From the NCBI GenBank assembly GCA_964515375.1, contig CAZERF010000001.1:181243-239949 (forward strand): a stretch of DNA of 58,707 nt, written 5' to 3'. Origin of the DNA: an uncultured Candidatus Saccharibacteria bacterium (GTDB lineage Bacteria > Patescibacteriota > Minisyncoccia > Phycocordibacterales > UBA6899). This document shows positions 45,872-55,289 of the stretch, in pieces. Under the pieces are notes generated by a model, which was not told the origin of the DNA, made no database searches, and was given only the letters and a program-made list of their open reading frames with translations. Both the position numbers and the translations under genes were made by a program. Positions within the stretch are counted from its first letter, which is position 1; each line of letters starts with the position of its first letter.

Positions 45872-46324
45872 ATGCTTCACCTCGACATCAAGGAAAAGAT
45901 CAAAGACGCAATGCGTGCGAAAGATGAACTCCGCAAGGAAGTTTTGCGCGGGATACTCACCGCCTTCGTGAATGAGCTCGTCGCGACGCGCCACACCCCA
46001 CAAGAAACCCTTCCCGACGAAGCGGCGATCCTCGTACTGAAACGTCTCGTCAAACAGCGCAAAGATTCGGCGGAACAGTTCACCGCAGGAGGAAGACCTG
46101 AACTCGCGGAAAAGGAGACGAAAGAACTCGCTATCATTGAAGAGTTTCTTCCGAAGCTCATGTCTCGCGACGAGATTCGTGTGATCGCGATCGCAAAGCA
46201 AAAGGAACTTGGCGTTGTTGACAAGAGCGGGATGGGCAAGTTTATCGGCGCCGTTGTAAAGGAATGCAAGGGCGCGGCGGATGGCACCGACGTGAAAGCG
46301 GTTGTCGAAGAATTGCTTGCGTAA
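45872..46324 (+). CDS. yqeY: GatB/YqeY domain protein
   Basis: IKDAMRAKD, KRLVKQRKDSAEQFTAGGRPELAEKE, FLPKLMS, MGKFIG, ADGTDV. Confidence 0.95.
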   Translation: MLHLDIKEKIKDAMRAKDELRKEVLRGILTAFVNELVATRHTPQETLPDEAAILVLKRLVKQRKDSAEQFTAGGRPELAEKETKELAIIEEFLPKLMSRDEIRVIAIAKQKELGVVDKSGMGKFIGAVVKECKGAADGTDVKAVVEELLA

Positions 46325-46347
46325 AAGAATGAAGCAGAATATGCAGA

Positions 46348-46375
46348 AAAGACCCTTCGAACACGGAGGGTCTTT
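46348..46375 (+). terminator. yqeY terminator
   Basis: AAAGACCCTTC/GGAGGGTCTTT hairpin. Confidence 0.65.
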
Positions 46376-46444
46376 ATTTGCTTGTGTTGTTGGTAAAAAA
46401 ATGGTATAATGATAAATGGCTGAGCATTCTTCAAGGAGAGTGGC

Positions 46445-46672
46445 GTGAAAGTCGATGAGGTAACGGTCACCGAGAAGCGAGGTATTCTTCGCGTCAAGGT
46501 CGTCGTTGAGGGCGACGAGTTTGTCTTTGGGGTAAGTGCCGATGGAGAGGTCGTGCTCGTCTCTTCGGTGGGCAACTGTCTCCACTCTCGAAGACAAGTA
46601 GCGTTCGCGATCGCAAGAGGTCGTCTCAAGGCGTGGGTGGCTCCTCAAGCCCAAGAGAGTCTCCCCTTCTAA
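46445..46672 (+). CDS. Small hypothetical protein
   Basis: SD AAGGAG before GTG; TG-extended TATAAT at 46405-46410; 75 aa beta-rich. Confidence 0.6.
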   Translation: MKVDEVTVTEKRGILRVKVVVEGDEFVFGVSADGEVVLVSSVGNCLHSRRQVAFAIARGRLKAWVAPQAQESLPF

Positions 46673-46878
46673 TATGATGAGATATCCACAAGGCACACCA
46701 ATGTGCCTTGTCTTTTTTTTCTCGCCCATGTTACAATACAGGCATTAGCCATTGCGCATTCTACGACGCAACGTCGATATGCGCTCACCGCGCGGTGGTC
46801 AAACAAAAGCCTCATGTCCGCAAGCATGAGGTTTTTGCTATCTCGAATTTTACACCCCGCGAACGGAGCGTGTGCACG

Positions 46879-47295
46879 CTACTTCTCGTCACGCAATTCT
46901 ATTCTGAGCGCATCGTATCCGCGCTCGAGCAAAATGTCGCGAAAGCGTAATGTTTCCTCTTCAAGCAATTCGTCAAAATCATGCGCGGGCATGCGATCCT
47001 TGGCGTTCACTCCCATACGCTCTTCGATCGCGCGCAATGCTAATCGCTCGGCAAAGGCATCGAGAACAACAATAGCCTCATATTCATCAAGAATGTGATT
47101 GAGCTCTGTGTCACGTTCAAATACGAGAGACGGATGGTGATGCACCGCACCGTCGACCTCATGTTTCCATGTCGCCGCCGGGAAGCCGGTCTCCCGCGCG
47201 CGTGAAAAGACGTACTGCTCGAGGTCCTCATAAGACTTCAAGGCGTCTCCGTCCTCACGGTGTCCATTGGCAACCGTGTTGGCAATGTAGACCAT
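46879..47295 (-). CDS. Acidic hypothetical protein
   Basis: MVYIANTVAN...ILDEYE...AERLALR...ERGYDALRI; coherent acidic composition. Confidence 0.6.
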   Translation of the reverse strand: MVYIANTVANGHREDGDALKSYEDLEQYVFSRARETGFPAATWKHEVDGAVHHHPSLVFERDTELNHILDEYEAIVVLDAFAERLALRAIEERMGVNAKDRMPAHDFDELLEEETLRFRDILLERGYDALRIELRDEK

Positions 47296-47337
47296 CCGCA
47301 AGAGAGTTTGAAATTGGCTTTTTGTCTCGCCTTGGTG

Positions 47338-47595
47338 CTATTCCTCAAGCGCGCGCGAAAGTTCACTGTCGTACTCTTCTAGTCCCCCTCGTACCGCTCG
47401 CGCGGCGTCAACATCGGCATGCGCGGCGCCGATCGCCGTTGTCGGTGGAGTCCCGCTTGCAGTATTGGGTTGAAGCTCTTGCATTTCAAGGGAGGGGTTT
47501 GGTGTCACATACATGCGTACAAAGAGAAGTCCCATGATGAAGACCCCAAACAAAAGCACAATGAGGGTTAAACTTCCTTTTGATGTTGTGTTCAT
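47338..47595 (-). CDS. Small single-pass membrane protein
   Basis: KGSLTLIVLLFGVFIMGLLFV TM followed by a hydrophilic tail. Confidence 0.6.
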   Translation of the reverse strand: MNTTSKGSLTLIVLLFGVFIMGLLFVRMYVTPNPSLEMQELQPNTASGTPPTTAIGAAHADVDAARAVRGGLEEYDSELSRALEE

Positions 47596-47612
47596 GGATA
47601 TATTCTAGCACA

Positions 47613-48119
47613 TTAACGCATGCGCATATCGTATGCCCAATGCAAGAGCGCCTGTCGCTGACGAGGACGACAAAACACATCCCCGGGGCGACAGTTCCGA
47701 GTGACTTGGGCGATATGTCGTGACATCATCTTCCAACGCTTGATCTGACGAGCGTCTTCTTCCGGTACGCGACGCCCCATGTAGTAACGACAATACCACT
47801 GAAACCATCCGCGCGGATCGTCGGGATGGATCCAACCCTTCTCCCTCCAAACAGAAAGAGCCTGACTTGCGTCCACGCCAAAGTAGTTGAGTTTGTGGTC
47901 CTTCTTGTCGGGAGAAAGTTTTGCGTGGGTGAACCACGAAGGAGGAAACTCCTCGATGCAATCGGTCATGTATTTCCCACCAAAGACTCCAAGCTCGAAC
48001 ATTTCCTTTGGAGTGAGTTCGGGGCGAAATTCAGGATCAAAGTCTCGACCGGGGCGCGCAACACACTCATAGTGGTAGTCATGCTGCATGCGGTCCCTCA
48101 CGAGAACAACGTGACTCAT
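47613..48119 (-). CDS. Conserved Trp/Arg-rich hypothetical protein
   Basis: Start MSHVV at 48119 (ATGA overlap with upstream gene); FRPELTPKEMFELGVFGGKY, DPRGWFQWYCRYYMGRR, RQIKRW, RQALLHWAYD. Confidence 0.8.
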   Translation of the reverse strand: MSHVVLVRDRMQHDYHYECVARPGRDFDPEFRPELTPKEMFELGVFGGKYMTDCIEEFPPSWFTHAKLSPDKKDHKLNYFGVDASQALSVWREKGWIHPDDPRGWFQWYCRYYMGRRVPEEDARQIKRWKMMSRHIAQVTRNCRPGDVFCRPRQRQALLHWAYDMRMR

Positions 48120-48586
48120 AAAAGAAAGGATGAAGGAGTAAGTGAACGCGCGGGAATCTTGGAAAGCAGGCGGCGACGTTCTTTGTGATCGGGGATCGTC
48201 TGCGCGACAAGCGCCCAAAAATCGGCGGAATGGTTCATCTCTCTCAGGTGGCAAAGTTCGTGCACGATCACAAGGTCCAAAAGATGCTCGGGGAGAAAAA
48301 GAACACGATAATTGAAATTCAAGTTCCCCCTTGAGGAACAACTCCCCCATCGCGAACGTTGATCGCGGATCGCAACACGCCCAAAAGAAAATCCGTAGTG
48401 GGCATTGTAATACGAAAGACGTGCCTTCACTACATTTCGCGCGTCTTCTTTGTGGCGCAGATACATTGTCGTACGCGAGAACCGAACACCGATGGCGCGG
48501 GATGTTGTCGCAGTGCGACGAGATGGCGCGGGACGGACACCAAAAAAGCGGCGAAGAAAGGAGTGCGTGTTCGAGCGGGTGGGCAT
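48116..48586 (-). CDS. YgjP/M48-like (SprT-like) zinc metallopeptidase
   Basis: IRDQRSRWGSCS, VIVHELCHLREMNHSADFW. Confidence 0.92.
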   Translation of the reverse strand: MPTRSNTHSFLRRFFGVRPAPSRRTATTSRAIGVRFSRTTMYLRHKEDARNVVKARLSYYNAHYGFSFGRVAIRDQRSRWGSCSSRGNLNFNYRVLFLPEHLLDLVIVHELCHLREMNHSADFWALVAQTIPDHKERRRLLSKIPARSLTPSSFLL

Positions 48587-48687
48587 AATGAAGTATTATA
48601 GCAACCTCCCCTCTTCTTGCCGAGAATGAACATCGCACAACATCCTAATTGCGAAACTTTCTTATTTGTGATAGAGTCAAGAATGTC

Positions 48688-49161
48688 ATGGAAAAAAGTT
48701 CAAGCACCACCATACGGGCATTGCTTCGAGGAAAAGGAATGAAGGCGACCCCGGCGCGATGCGCGCTTCTTGAGCTCCTTGAACGCTCAGAAAGACCGCT
48801 TGCGACCTTTGAGATCGTCGATGCCCTTCAGACACAAACGAATCAAGCGACCGTCTACCGCGCGATCGAGCAACTCAAGACAGCGAGACTTCTACGGAGG
48901 GTCGAGATGGGACATGCTCACGCGCACTACGAACGCCACAGCGAAGATTCCCATCACCACCACCTGATCTGTCGTTCCTGCAACAAGACGGTTCACCTCA
49001 ACGAATGCACGCTCACCGAACACACCGAGAAGGACAGGCTCAAAAAGACCGGATTCCGCACCATCGATGGTCACTCACTCGAATTCTACGGCACCTGTGA
49101 CGACTGTGCGAAAAAGGATCCACAGAGGGCACGATCTCCCAAAAAACAACAAACCTCTTGA
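48688..49161 (+). CDS. zur: Fur-family regulator, probably Zur
   Basis: KATPARCALL, TVYRAIEQL, HHHHLICRSC, FYGTCDDC; first gene of the znu operon. Confidence 0.88.
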   Translation: MEKSSSTTIRALLRGKGMKATPARCALLELLERSERPLATFEIVDALQTQTNQATVYRAIEQLKTARLLRRVEMGHAHAHYERHSEDSHHHHLICRSCNKTVHLNECTLTEHTEKDRLKKTGFRTIDGHSLEFYGTCDDCAKKDPQRARSPKKQQTS

Positions 49162-49186
49162 ACATCATCTTAAAAATAAAAATATC

Positions 49187-50119
49187 ATGAACAAAAATAC
49201 CCACACGATCATCATATTTTCCGCCATCGGCGTTGCCTTGCTGGCTTTCTTTGTCTTTCTCCTTCCCGTCTTTTTTTCTTCAAAAGATACCGATGACCGC
49301 ATGACCGTAAGCACAAGTATTTATCCATTACACTTCCTTGCCAGTGAGATAGCCGGCCCGCGCGCTCGCGTGGTCAACATCACGCCGCCCGGAGCGGAGC
49401 CACACGACTATGAACTCACTCCCGGCGACATCTCGACCGTCACACAGAGTAAGCTTCTCATCATCAATGGCGCAGGACTTGAACATTGGGGGGAAGACTT
49501 AAGTGAACTCCTCAAGGGAACTCGTGCGGAGGTACTTACGATCGCGAATTCCATCCCCGCGAGAACAATGAATAACGATGGGGAAAAAGTACTCGATCCT
49601 CATTTTTGGCTCTCCCCTGTTCTCATGAAAGAAATGTCGAAGTCGATCACGGATGCACTCGCGCGGGTGGACCCCGAGCACGCTGACGAATACCGCGAAA
49701 GAAGAGCCGGGCTCGACAACGAACTCGACACTCTTGACGGAGAATACCGCTCCACACTCTCGTCGTGCGAAAAAAAGGACCTTGTCAGTTCCCACAATGC
49801 CTTCGGATATCTTGCCGCCGAATACGGACTCACAACACTTCCGATCGCGGGAATCAGTCCTGAAGCGGAACCTTCCCCAAAACAAATGGCGGAAATCGCA
49901 ACTCTCGTGCGTGAACGTGACGTGAATGCAATCTTCTTTGAAGCGCTGGTCAGTCCGCGCCTCGCCGAAACCCTCGCGCAAGAGACCGACGTACGAACAC
50001 TCATGCTTAACCCGCTCGAAGGTCTCGAAGAAGAGGACATTGCGTTTGGAGCGAATTACCTTTCCGTCATGAGAGAAAACCTTGCGAATATCAAAGATGC
50101 GCTTGAATGTGCCGAGTAA
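49187..50119 (+). CDS. znuA: Zn/Mn ABC transporter substrate-binding protein
   Basis: PGAEPHDYE, DPHFWLSP, SHNAFGYLA, EAEPSP, LNPLE. Confidence 0.92.
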   Translation: MNKNTHTIIIFSAIGVALLAFFVFLLPVFFSSKDTDDRMTVSTSIYPLHFLASEIAGPRARVVNITPPGAEPHDYELTPGDISTVTQSKLLIINGAGLEHWGEDLSELLKGTRAEVLTIANSIPARTMNNDGEKVLDPHFWLSPVLMKEMSKSITDALARVDPEHADEYRERRAGLDNELDTLDGEYRSTLSSCEKKDLVSSHNAFGYLAAEYGLTTLPIAGISPEAEPSPKQMAEIATLVRERDVNAIFFEALVSPRLAETLAQETDVRTLMLNPLEGLEEEDIAFGANYLSVMRENLANIKDALECAE

Positions 50120-50121
50120 CT

Positions 50122-50871
50122 ATGACTGAAACAAAACACGAAAACATAGGGACGATATCCGCGATCAAAGTTGAAGATGTCTCCTTTTCTTATGGAGAAA
50201 AGGAGATCCTGAATAATGTTTCGCTTTCCGTTGAGCAAGGAGACTATCTCTCTATCGTCGGACCAAACGGCGCAGGCAAGACAACACTCATCAAACTGAT
50301 CACAAATGCATTGATTCCCAAAAAAGGAAGTATCTTTATCTTTGGAAAACCTGTCGCGCGATTCGACCAGTGGTCACGAATCGGCTATGTCCCACAACAC
50401 GCCAACCGAGTCGACCTCTCTTTCCCCGCGACAGTCTTTGATGTTGTCATGATGGGCGGGTACGGAAAGCGAGGACTCTTTCGGAGACCAACCGAAGAAG
50501 ATCGACAGTCTGCTCGAAATGCGATCGCACGGGTCGGACTCGCAGAGCAAGAACAAAAGATGATCGGAGAGCTCTCAGGAGGGCAAACTCAACGCGCCTT
50601 TATTGCGCGCGCGCTCACCACTCGGCCCGACATACTCATTCTTGACGAACCGACAGCGGGAGTCGATCTCTCCGCCCAGGCGGCGCTCTACGACCTTCTT
50701 CTCATGCTCAACAAAGAAGGAGTGACGCTTGTTGTCATCTCCCATGATATTGAGGTGATCACCAAGGAAAGCACTCATCTTGCTTATATCGACAAGGAGC
50801 TCGCCTTTTATGAGAACCCGCTCGCCTTCCTTAAAGAAGGAGCACCATTCCTCCATGGCCATGATCACTGA
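50122..50871 (+). CDS. znuC: Zn/Mn ABC transporter ATPase
   Basis: GPNGAGKTT, IGYVPQ, LSGGQTQR, LDEPT, SHD. Confidence 0.93.
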   Translation: MTETKHENIGTISAIKVEDVSFSYGEKEILNNVSLSVEQGDYLSIVGPNGAGKTTLIKLITNALIPKKGSIFIFGKPVARFDQWSRIGYVPQHANRVDLSFPATVFDVVMMGGYGKRGLFRRPTEEDRQSARNAIARVGLAEQEQKMIGELSGGQTQRAFIARALTTRPDILILDEPTAGVDLSAQAALYDLLLMLNKEGVTLVVISHDIEVITKESTHLAYIDKELAFYENPLAFLKEGAPFLHGHDH

Positions 50872-51676
50872 AATATTCCAATACTCATTCATGGTGCGCG
50901 GGATGGAAGCGGGGCTTGTCGTAGGGCTTGTCGCTCCACTCATCGGACTTTTCTTGGTCTTGCGTCGCTATTCACTTATCGCGGACACACTCGCGCATGT
51001 CTCCCTCGCAGGGATTGCCTTTGCTATCCTCTTTGGTCTCAATCCGATTCTTGCAGCAATGGCAGCAACACTTCTTGCCTCCTTCGGTACGGAGCGCCTA
51101 CGCGGAACAAAACGAGTCTCCGGAGAATCCGCGCTCGCACTCTTTCTCTCAGGAAGTCTTGCCTTAGCGGTCATCTTGATCGGGCTGGGCAAAGGTCCGG
51201 GTGCCAATATCAACAACTATCTTTTTGGGAGTATCCTCACCGTCACACACGCGGATATTCTCATCATGATCGCACTTTCAACGGGGGTCGGGGGGCTCAT
51301 TTTCCTTCTCTACAAAGAGCTTGTCTTTACGTCATTTGACGAAGAGGCCGCGCGGGCAAGTGGGATCCCCGTCAAGGCAGTCAATGTTGCGCTGATCATC
51401 GCGACCGCACTGACCGTCTCTGTCGCGATCCCGATCGTGGGAGTACTCCTCATCTCAGCGCTCATCGTGATCCCCGCAGTCACGGCACTCCTCCTTCGAA
51501 AAAATTTCTTGACGACACTCATTATTGCCGAAGTCATTTCTGTCTCATCGGTCGGAAGCGGTATCATCCTCTCCTACTATCTGAACATCCCATCAGGAGG
51601 AACCATCGTCATGATCATGTTGTGTTTTTTCCTCCTCACTCTGCTTCTCACTTCAACAAAGCATCGAACAAACTGA
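50861..51676 (+). CDS. znuB: Zn/Mn ABC transporter permease
   Basis: LVLRRYSLIADTLAHVSLAG, NYLFGSIL, SFDEEAARASG, VGVLLISALIVIPA. Confidence 0.93.
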   Translation: MITEIFQYSFMVRGMEAGLVVGLVAPLIGLFLVLRRYSLIADTLAHVSLAGIAFAILFGLNPILAAMAATLLASFGTERLRGTKRVSGESALALFLSGSLALAVILIGLGKGPGANINNYLFGSILTVTHADILIMIALSTGVGGLIFLLYKELVFTSFDEEAARASGIPVKAVNVALIIATALTVSVAIPIVGVLLISALIVIPAVTALLLRKNFLTTLIIAEVISVSSVGSGIILSYYLNIPSGGTIVMIMLCFFLLTLLLTSTKHRTN

Positions 51677-51726
51677 GGGAGCGTATAAGAAAAATGGCAC
51701 CTCTTGCGAAGCGCTCATTTTTCTAT

Positions 51727-51800
51727 TGGTCGGGCTGCCGAGAATCGAACTCGGGTCTCACGCACCCGAAGCGTGTATACTACCGCTGTACTACAGCCCG
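51727..51800 (-). tRNA. tRNA-Pro(CGG)
   Basis: Minus strand CGGGCTG...CACGC-TTCGGGT-GCGTG...GAGTTCGATTCTC...CAGCCCGACCA; 74 nt, encoded CCA. Confidence 0.97.
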
Positions 51801-51869
51801 TTGAAACGCACGAAGTTTCCTTGCCCGTGCGTTCGCTCCATTTAACACAACTTTCGTCAAAAAATCAAA

Positions 51870-52910
51870 TCACTTTCGTTTTGCAGGAGGGAAAAACCCA
51901 AAAGCAAAGAAAACGATCCCCGACAAAAGTATTCCCAAATTCCACCCCGAAACAAAGAACGAAAGGCCGAGGAGCGCGATTCCGGAAAGAAGATAGGCCT
52001 CTCTGTTCGAAAAGGACGCTTCAGTGGGAAGTATACCGCGCTTCACCGCAGAAACGCTTCTCCTCCCCTTCCCTCCCGACACATGGAGTCCGTACAATCC
52101 CGCGAAGACAAAGAACGGTAGTGCAAGTGATGCATCAATAAAAGGTTTTGCCCACCATCGCACGATCAAACTGGTTCGCTCGGTACGCTCCGACAACAAT
52201 ACCTCACGATCTCCCGAATAAAAAACGGACCCCTTCGGTAGTACAAGCGAGATCGTCATTCCCTCAAAACGACCGAGATCCGTTTGTTCAAAACGCAGTG
52301 TATGCATGCGTCCTTCCGTATCAACCGCGTGCACGCGCGCGTCGGTGCAAGCTCCTAATGAATCTCGCTCTCCCACACGGCAAGAGAACGCGTCGCCACT
52401 CAAAAAAAGCGGGAGCGGAAGCACAACATCAACACGGACACGTTCAAGCGGAACCTTCCAGTCAAAACCGGTCACATTCCAAAAGAACCGCTCATCAAGA
52501 AGGGTGGGATTGATCGCACCGCTCACCTTGTAGCGGATCACGTACAGTTGTGGTCCGGACACCAACGCAACAGGGTCTCCGATGCGAAGTGTGGCCATAT
52601 TGCCCGTTGTGTTATAGGTCACTTCGCGGGGATTTCCTCGACCGTCTGTGACCGCGACTCCCGATATCTCGGCAAGACGCGCGGGTGCACGCTCAGACGC
52701 CGGAAGCATGAGGGGTATCTCACGAATGATCCCATGTCGCTCTCTTTCTTCAAAATCAAAAACGATCTCCTCCTGGACATCAAAGGTCCCGTCTGTATTG
52801 ATGACGATCCGTGCGACGAACGTACTCACTCGCTCATAAGCAAAAACAGTAACAGGGAGAAGAAGCGCTACGAACGCGAGAAATGCGGCAAAGCATTCAC
52901 GCTTCCTCAT
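51870..52910 (-). CDS. DUF2207-like membrane protein (short form)
   Basis: Signal peptide, INTDGTFDVQEEIVFDF...HGIIREIP, FFWNVTGFDWKVPLERV, EGMTISLVLPKG; start overlaps the xseB end. Confidence 0.8.
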   Translation of the reverse strand: MRKRECFAAFLAFVALLLPVTVFAYERVSTFVARIVINTDGTFDVQEEIVFDFEERERHGIIREIPLMLPASERAPARLAEISGVAVTDGRGNPREVTYNTTGNMATLRIGDPVALVSGPQLYVIRYKVSGAINPTLLDERFFWNVTGFDWKVPLERVRVDVVLPLPLFLSGDAFSCRVGERDSLGACTDARVHAVDTEGRMHTLRFEQTDLGRFEGMTISLVLPKGSVFYSGDREVLLSERTERTSLIVRWWAKPFIDASLALPFFVFAGLYGLHVSGGKGRRSVSAVKRGILPTEASFSNREAYLLSGIALLGLSFFVSGWNLGILLSGIVFFAFGFFPPAKRK

Positions 52911-53106
52911 CGAGTTTTTTCTTGAGTTCTTCGAATTCATTTTCAAGTTCCTTGAGACGAGTGCGTCCTGCGCGTATGAGTTCGGCGCCTTCTTTGATCT
53001 TTTCTATTCCCTTTTCAACATCCACCTCTTCTTGCGACTCAAACCACTGCGCGATCGTGCGCAGTTTCTTCAATGTTTCAGTGAGATCAGTACGTGCCTT
53101 GACCAT
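52897..53106 (-). CDS. xseB: Exodeoxyribonuclease VII small subunit
   Basis: LKKLRTIAQWFESQEEVDVEKGIEKIKEGAELI...LKELENEF; directly downstream of xseA. Confidence 0.9.
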   Translation of the reverse strand: MVKARTDLTETLKKLRTIAQWFESQEEVDVEKGIEKIKEGAELIRAGRTRLKELENEFEELKKKLDEEA

Positions 53107-53115
53107 GGTAAGGGG

Positions 53116-54648
53116 TTAATTATTCATCGTGCGTTCCGTCACGGTGGCCTTCAGTGTACCATCAGAAAGACGCGCTTCAAAACTCTCTCCCTCCCCGATC
53201 TCCAAAACCGAATGAAGTACCTTGTTTTTCTTGGTGAGAATACCGTACCCCAACCGCAACTGACGAAATGGATCGTGAAGCGTCAAAAGCCCCGAGATGG
53301 CGCGCAATTCTTCAGTTGTTGACTCAAGGTACCCTCGATAGCGAAGCGCGATCCGCTCAAAACCTTCTCGAGTGTTCCGTTCATATTCAGAAAGGGCGCG
53401 ACGCAAAACGGGAAGATGCCCCAATACCGCATGGGTCGCCTCAAGAAAACGCGCACGCAAACGCGAAAGCGCGAGCGACAACATACCACGGGAAAGTTCC
53501 AACTCTCGCGCATGATCGGAGAGTATCGAACCAAACCCGGAAACAAGGTTACGTGAAAGAAAAGATAATTCGGTGACCGCCTCTTCCCATGACGCATTGA
53601 GGAGTACTGTTGTTGCGGTCGGTGTCGACGGTGCGAAGTCCGCCGCAAGCTGCGCCAAGGGAATATCCTTGTCATGTCCGATCGCGCAAATGACCGGAAC
53701 GGGAAATTCCGCGATCGCACGAACGACATGCTCGTTGTTGAATGCCTGCAAACTCTCCAGTGACCCGCCGCCACGCACCAACACGAGCACGTCGACCGGT
53801 TCACGAGCGAGCCGCTTCATCGCGGAAAGAAGATCCTTCACCGCAACAACCCCTTCGACACGGGAATCCACGAATGAGATCGAGAAACCATAGCGTCCGA
53901 GATTGTTGAGAAAATCGTGGATCACCGCGCCTTCTCGCGAAGTGATAAGGCCAATGCGTTCAGGAAGTTCGGGAAGCGGGCGTTTGCGATCGACAAGAAA
54001 GAGTCCCTCCGCGTCGAGCTTTTTTTTGAGCGCCAGGTATGCAACATGAAGAGCTCCTTCGCCGACAAGTTCGATCGTCTGAGCCCGAAAACTAAAGCGA
54101 CCATAGGGCTTGTAGATCTCGCTTGCTCCGGTCACGACAATCTCCGCGCCCTCGCGTACCTCTACCCCCGACAGCTCCACGTCGGAGCGCCACATAAAGA
54201 TATTAAGCACACTTTCTGTTGAGGCATCCTTGATCGCAAAGTATGCGGCGTTCCCTTGAAATTTGAAGCTCGTGACCTCACCCCGAACACGCACAACGAC
54301 ACGCATGAGCATGCGATTGACCACATCAAGGTAATCACTGACAGAAAGTGTGACTTCTTCCTTCTCTCCCCCTCCCACACGCGACACAGAAGACGGAGAG
54401 AGGGGTTCCACACCTTCGGCGCGCACTACTCCTCCAAACTCCGAAACGATCGCAAGAATCGTAGAGCCATACTCGCGAAATTTTGCCTCCTTGATCCCTT
54501 TGATCGTGATGAGTTGCTCTTTCGTTGTGGGGAGTACGCGCACGATCTCATCAAGCGCACTGTTGGGAAGCACGCGGAAAAGCTCCACTGACCGTTTCGC
54601 GGCCTCGGAATTCCTCCACTCATAAAGCGCGTGACGAAGATTTGCCAT
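53116..54648 (-). CDS. xseA: Exodeoxyribonuclease VII large subunit with N-terminal HRDC domain
   Basis: HRDC: LYEWRNSEA...RVLPNSALDEIV..LPTTKEQLITIKGI..AK..EYG..IL. XseA: VRGEV, IGLITSREGAVIHDF, RGGGSLESL..FN, AIGHDKD, PTPT. Confidence 0.93.
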   Translation of the reverse strand: MANLRHALYEWRNSEAAKRSVELFRVLPNSALDEIVRVLPTTKEQLITIKGIKEAKFREYGSTILAIVSEFGGVVRAEGVEPLSPSSVSRVGGGEKEEVTLSVSDYLDVVNRMLMRVVVRVRGEVTSFKFQGNAAYFAIKDASTESVLNIFMWRSDVELSGVEVREGAEIVVTGASEIYKPYGRFSFRAQTIELVGEGALHVAYLALKKKLDAEGLFLVDRKRPLPELPERIGLITSREGAVIHDFLNNLGRYGFSISFVDSRVEGVVAVKDLLSAMKRLAREPVDVLVLVRGGGSLESLQAFNNEHVVRAIAEFPVPVICAIGHDKDIPLAQLAADFAPSTPTATTVLLNASWEEAVTELSFLSRNLVSGFGSILSDHARELELSRGMLSLALSRLRARFLEATHAVLGHLPVLRRALSEYERNTREGFERIALRYRGYLESTTEELRAISGLLTLHDPFRQLRLGYGILTKKNKVLHSVLEIGEGESFEARLSDGTLKATVTERTMNN

Positions 54649-54684
54649 GCGCCTATTGTACCGACCTCCCCGATAAAAACAAAC

Positions 54685-54711
54685 CCACGCGGTCAAGCGA
54701 CCACGCGGGAC
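54685..54711 (-). terminator. Terminator after paralogue A
   Basis: Minus-strand CCCGCGUGGUC-GCUU-GACCGCGUGGG (two G-U pairs) then UUUGUUUUU. Confidence 0.65.
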
Positions 54712-54719
54712 AAAAAAGG

Positions 54720-55217
54720 CTACGATGAACAAGTGCGGTACTCGCAAACAACTGCTTTCCCCTGTATGCCGATCTCAGCGATACGGTCGAGCTCCTTGTT
54801 CGTTAGAGGACGCGGAGATACAACAAGCGCCTCATTCAAAAGTGCGGCAGCATGTATGGCGTAATCCCGTTCTCCGTAAAGAAGTATCTTGAGCAGCTTA
54901 CATCTCACATCATGAGAGACCTTGTCCTTTTCAATGAGTGGCATTGCGACAGTAAGACAGCATGACTTTCCGAGCTCGGCACCGATCGCGTGGAGCAACG
55001 CATCCGCAGTCCGAATATCACAACCAAAACGCACGACAAGGTCGACCGCGTAGGAAAACAAAGGGCGTGCATCATTTCCGATCATGCTTCCATGGGACTG
55101 ATTCGCGACCCTACGAATAATGTCGTTCACGACAAGCTCAACCGAAAGCATCCTACTTTCCATGACTCTCTCCTTTTTGAGAAAAACACCTTTTTCCTTT
55201 ATACGTCTTTTGTTCAT
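54720..55217 (-). CDS. Helical hypothetical protein, paralogue A
   Basis: DVRCKLLKIL...RPLTNKELDRIAEIG; start uncertain. Confidence 0.6.
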   Translation of the reverse strand: MNKRRIKEKGVFLKKERVMESRMLSVELVVNDIIRRVANQSHGSMIGNDARPLFSYAVDLVVRFGCDIRTADALLHAIGAELGKSCCLTVAMPLIEKDKVSHDVRCKLLKILLYGERDYAIHAAALLNEALVVSPRPLTNKELDRIAEIGIQGKAVVCEYRTCSS

Positions 55218-55247
55218 CTCTGTCTACATTTTCCGGAGAATACCAAA

Positions 55248-55273
55248 ACTCCGCGCACGATAATGCGCGGAGT
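55248..55273 (-). terminator. Terminator after paralogue B
   Basis: ACTCCGCGCA/TGCGCGGAGT, 10-bp stem. Confidence 0.7.
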
Positions 55274-55289
55274 CCTAAAAAAAGAAAGA

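Noticed and set aside
48640-48690. Zur box upstream of zur-znuACB
   Set aside because: Only a weak partial palindrome (TTGCGAAA-C-TTTCTTAT); not convincing without a profile.
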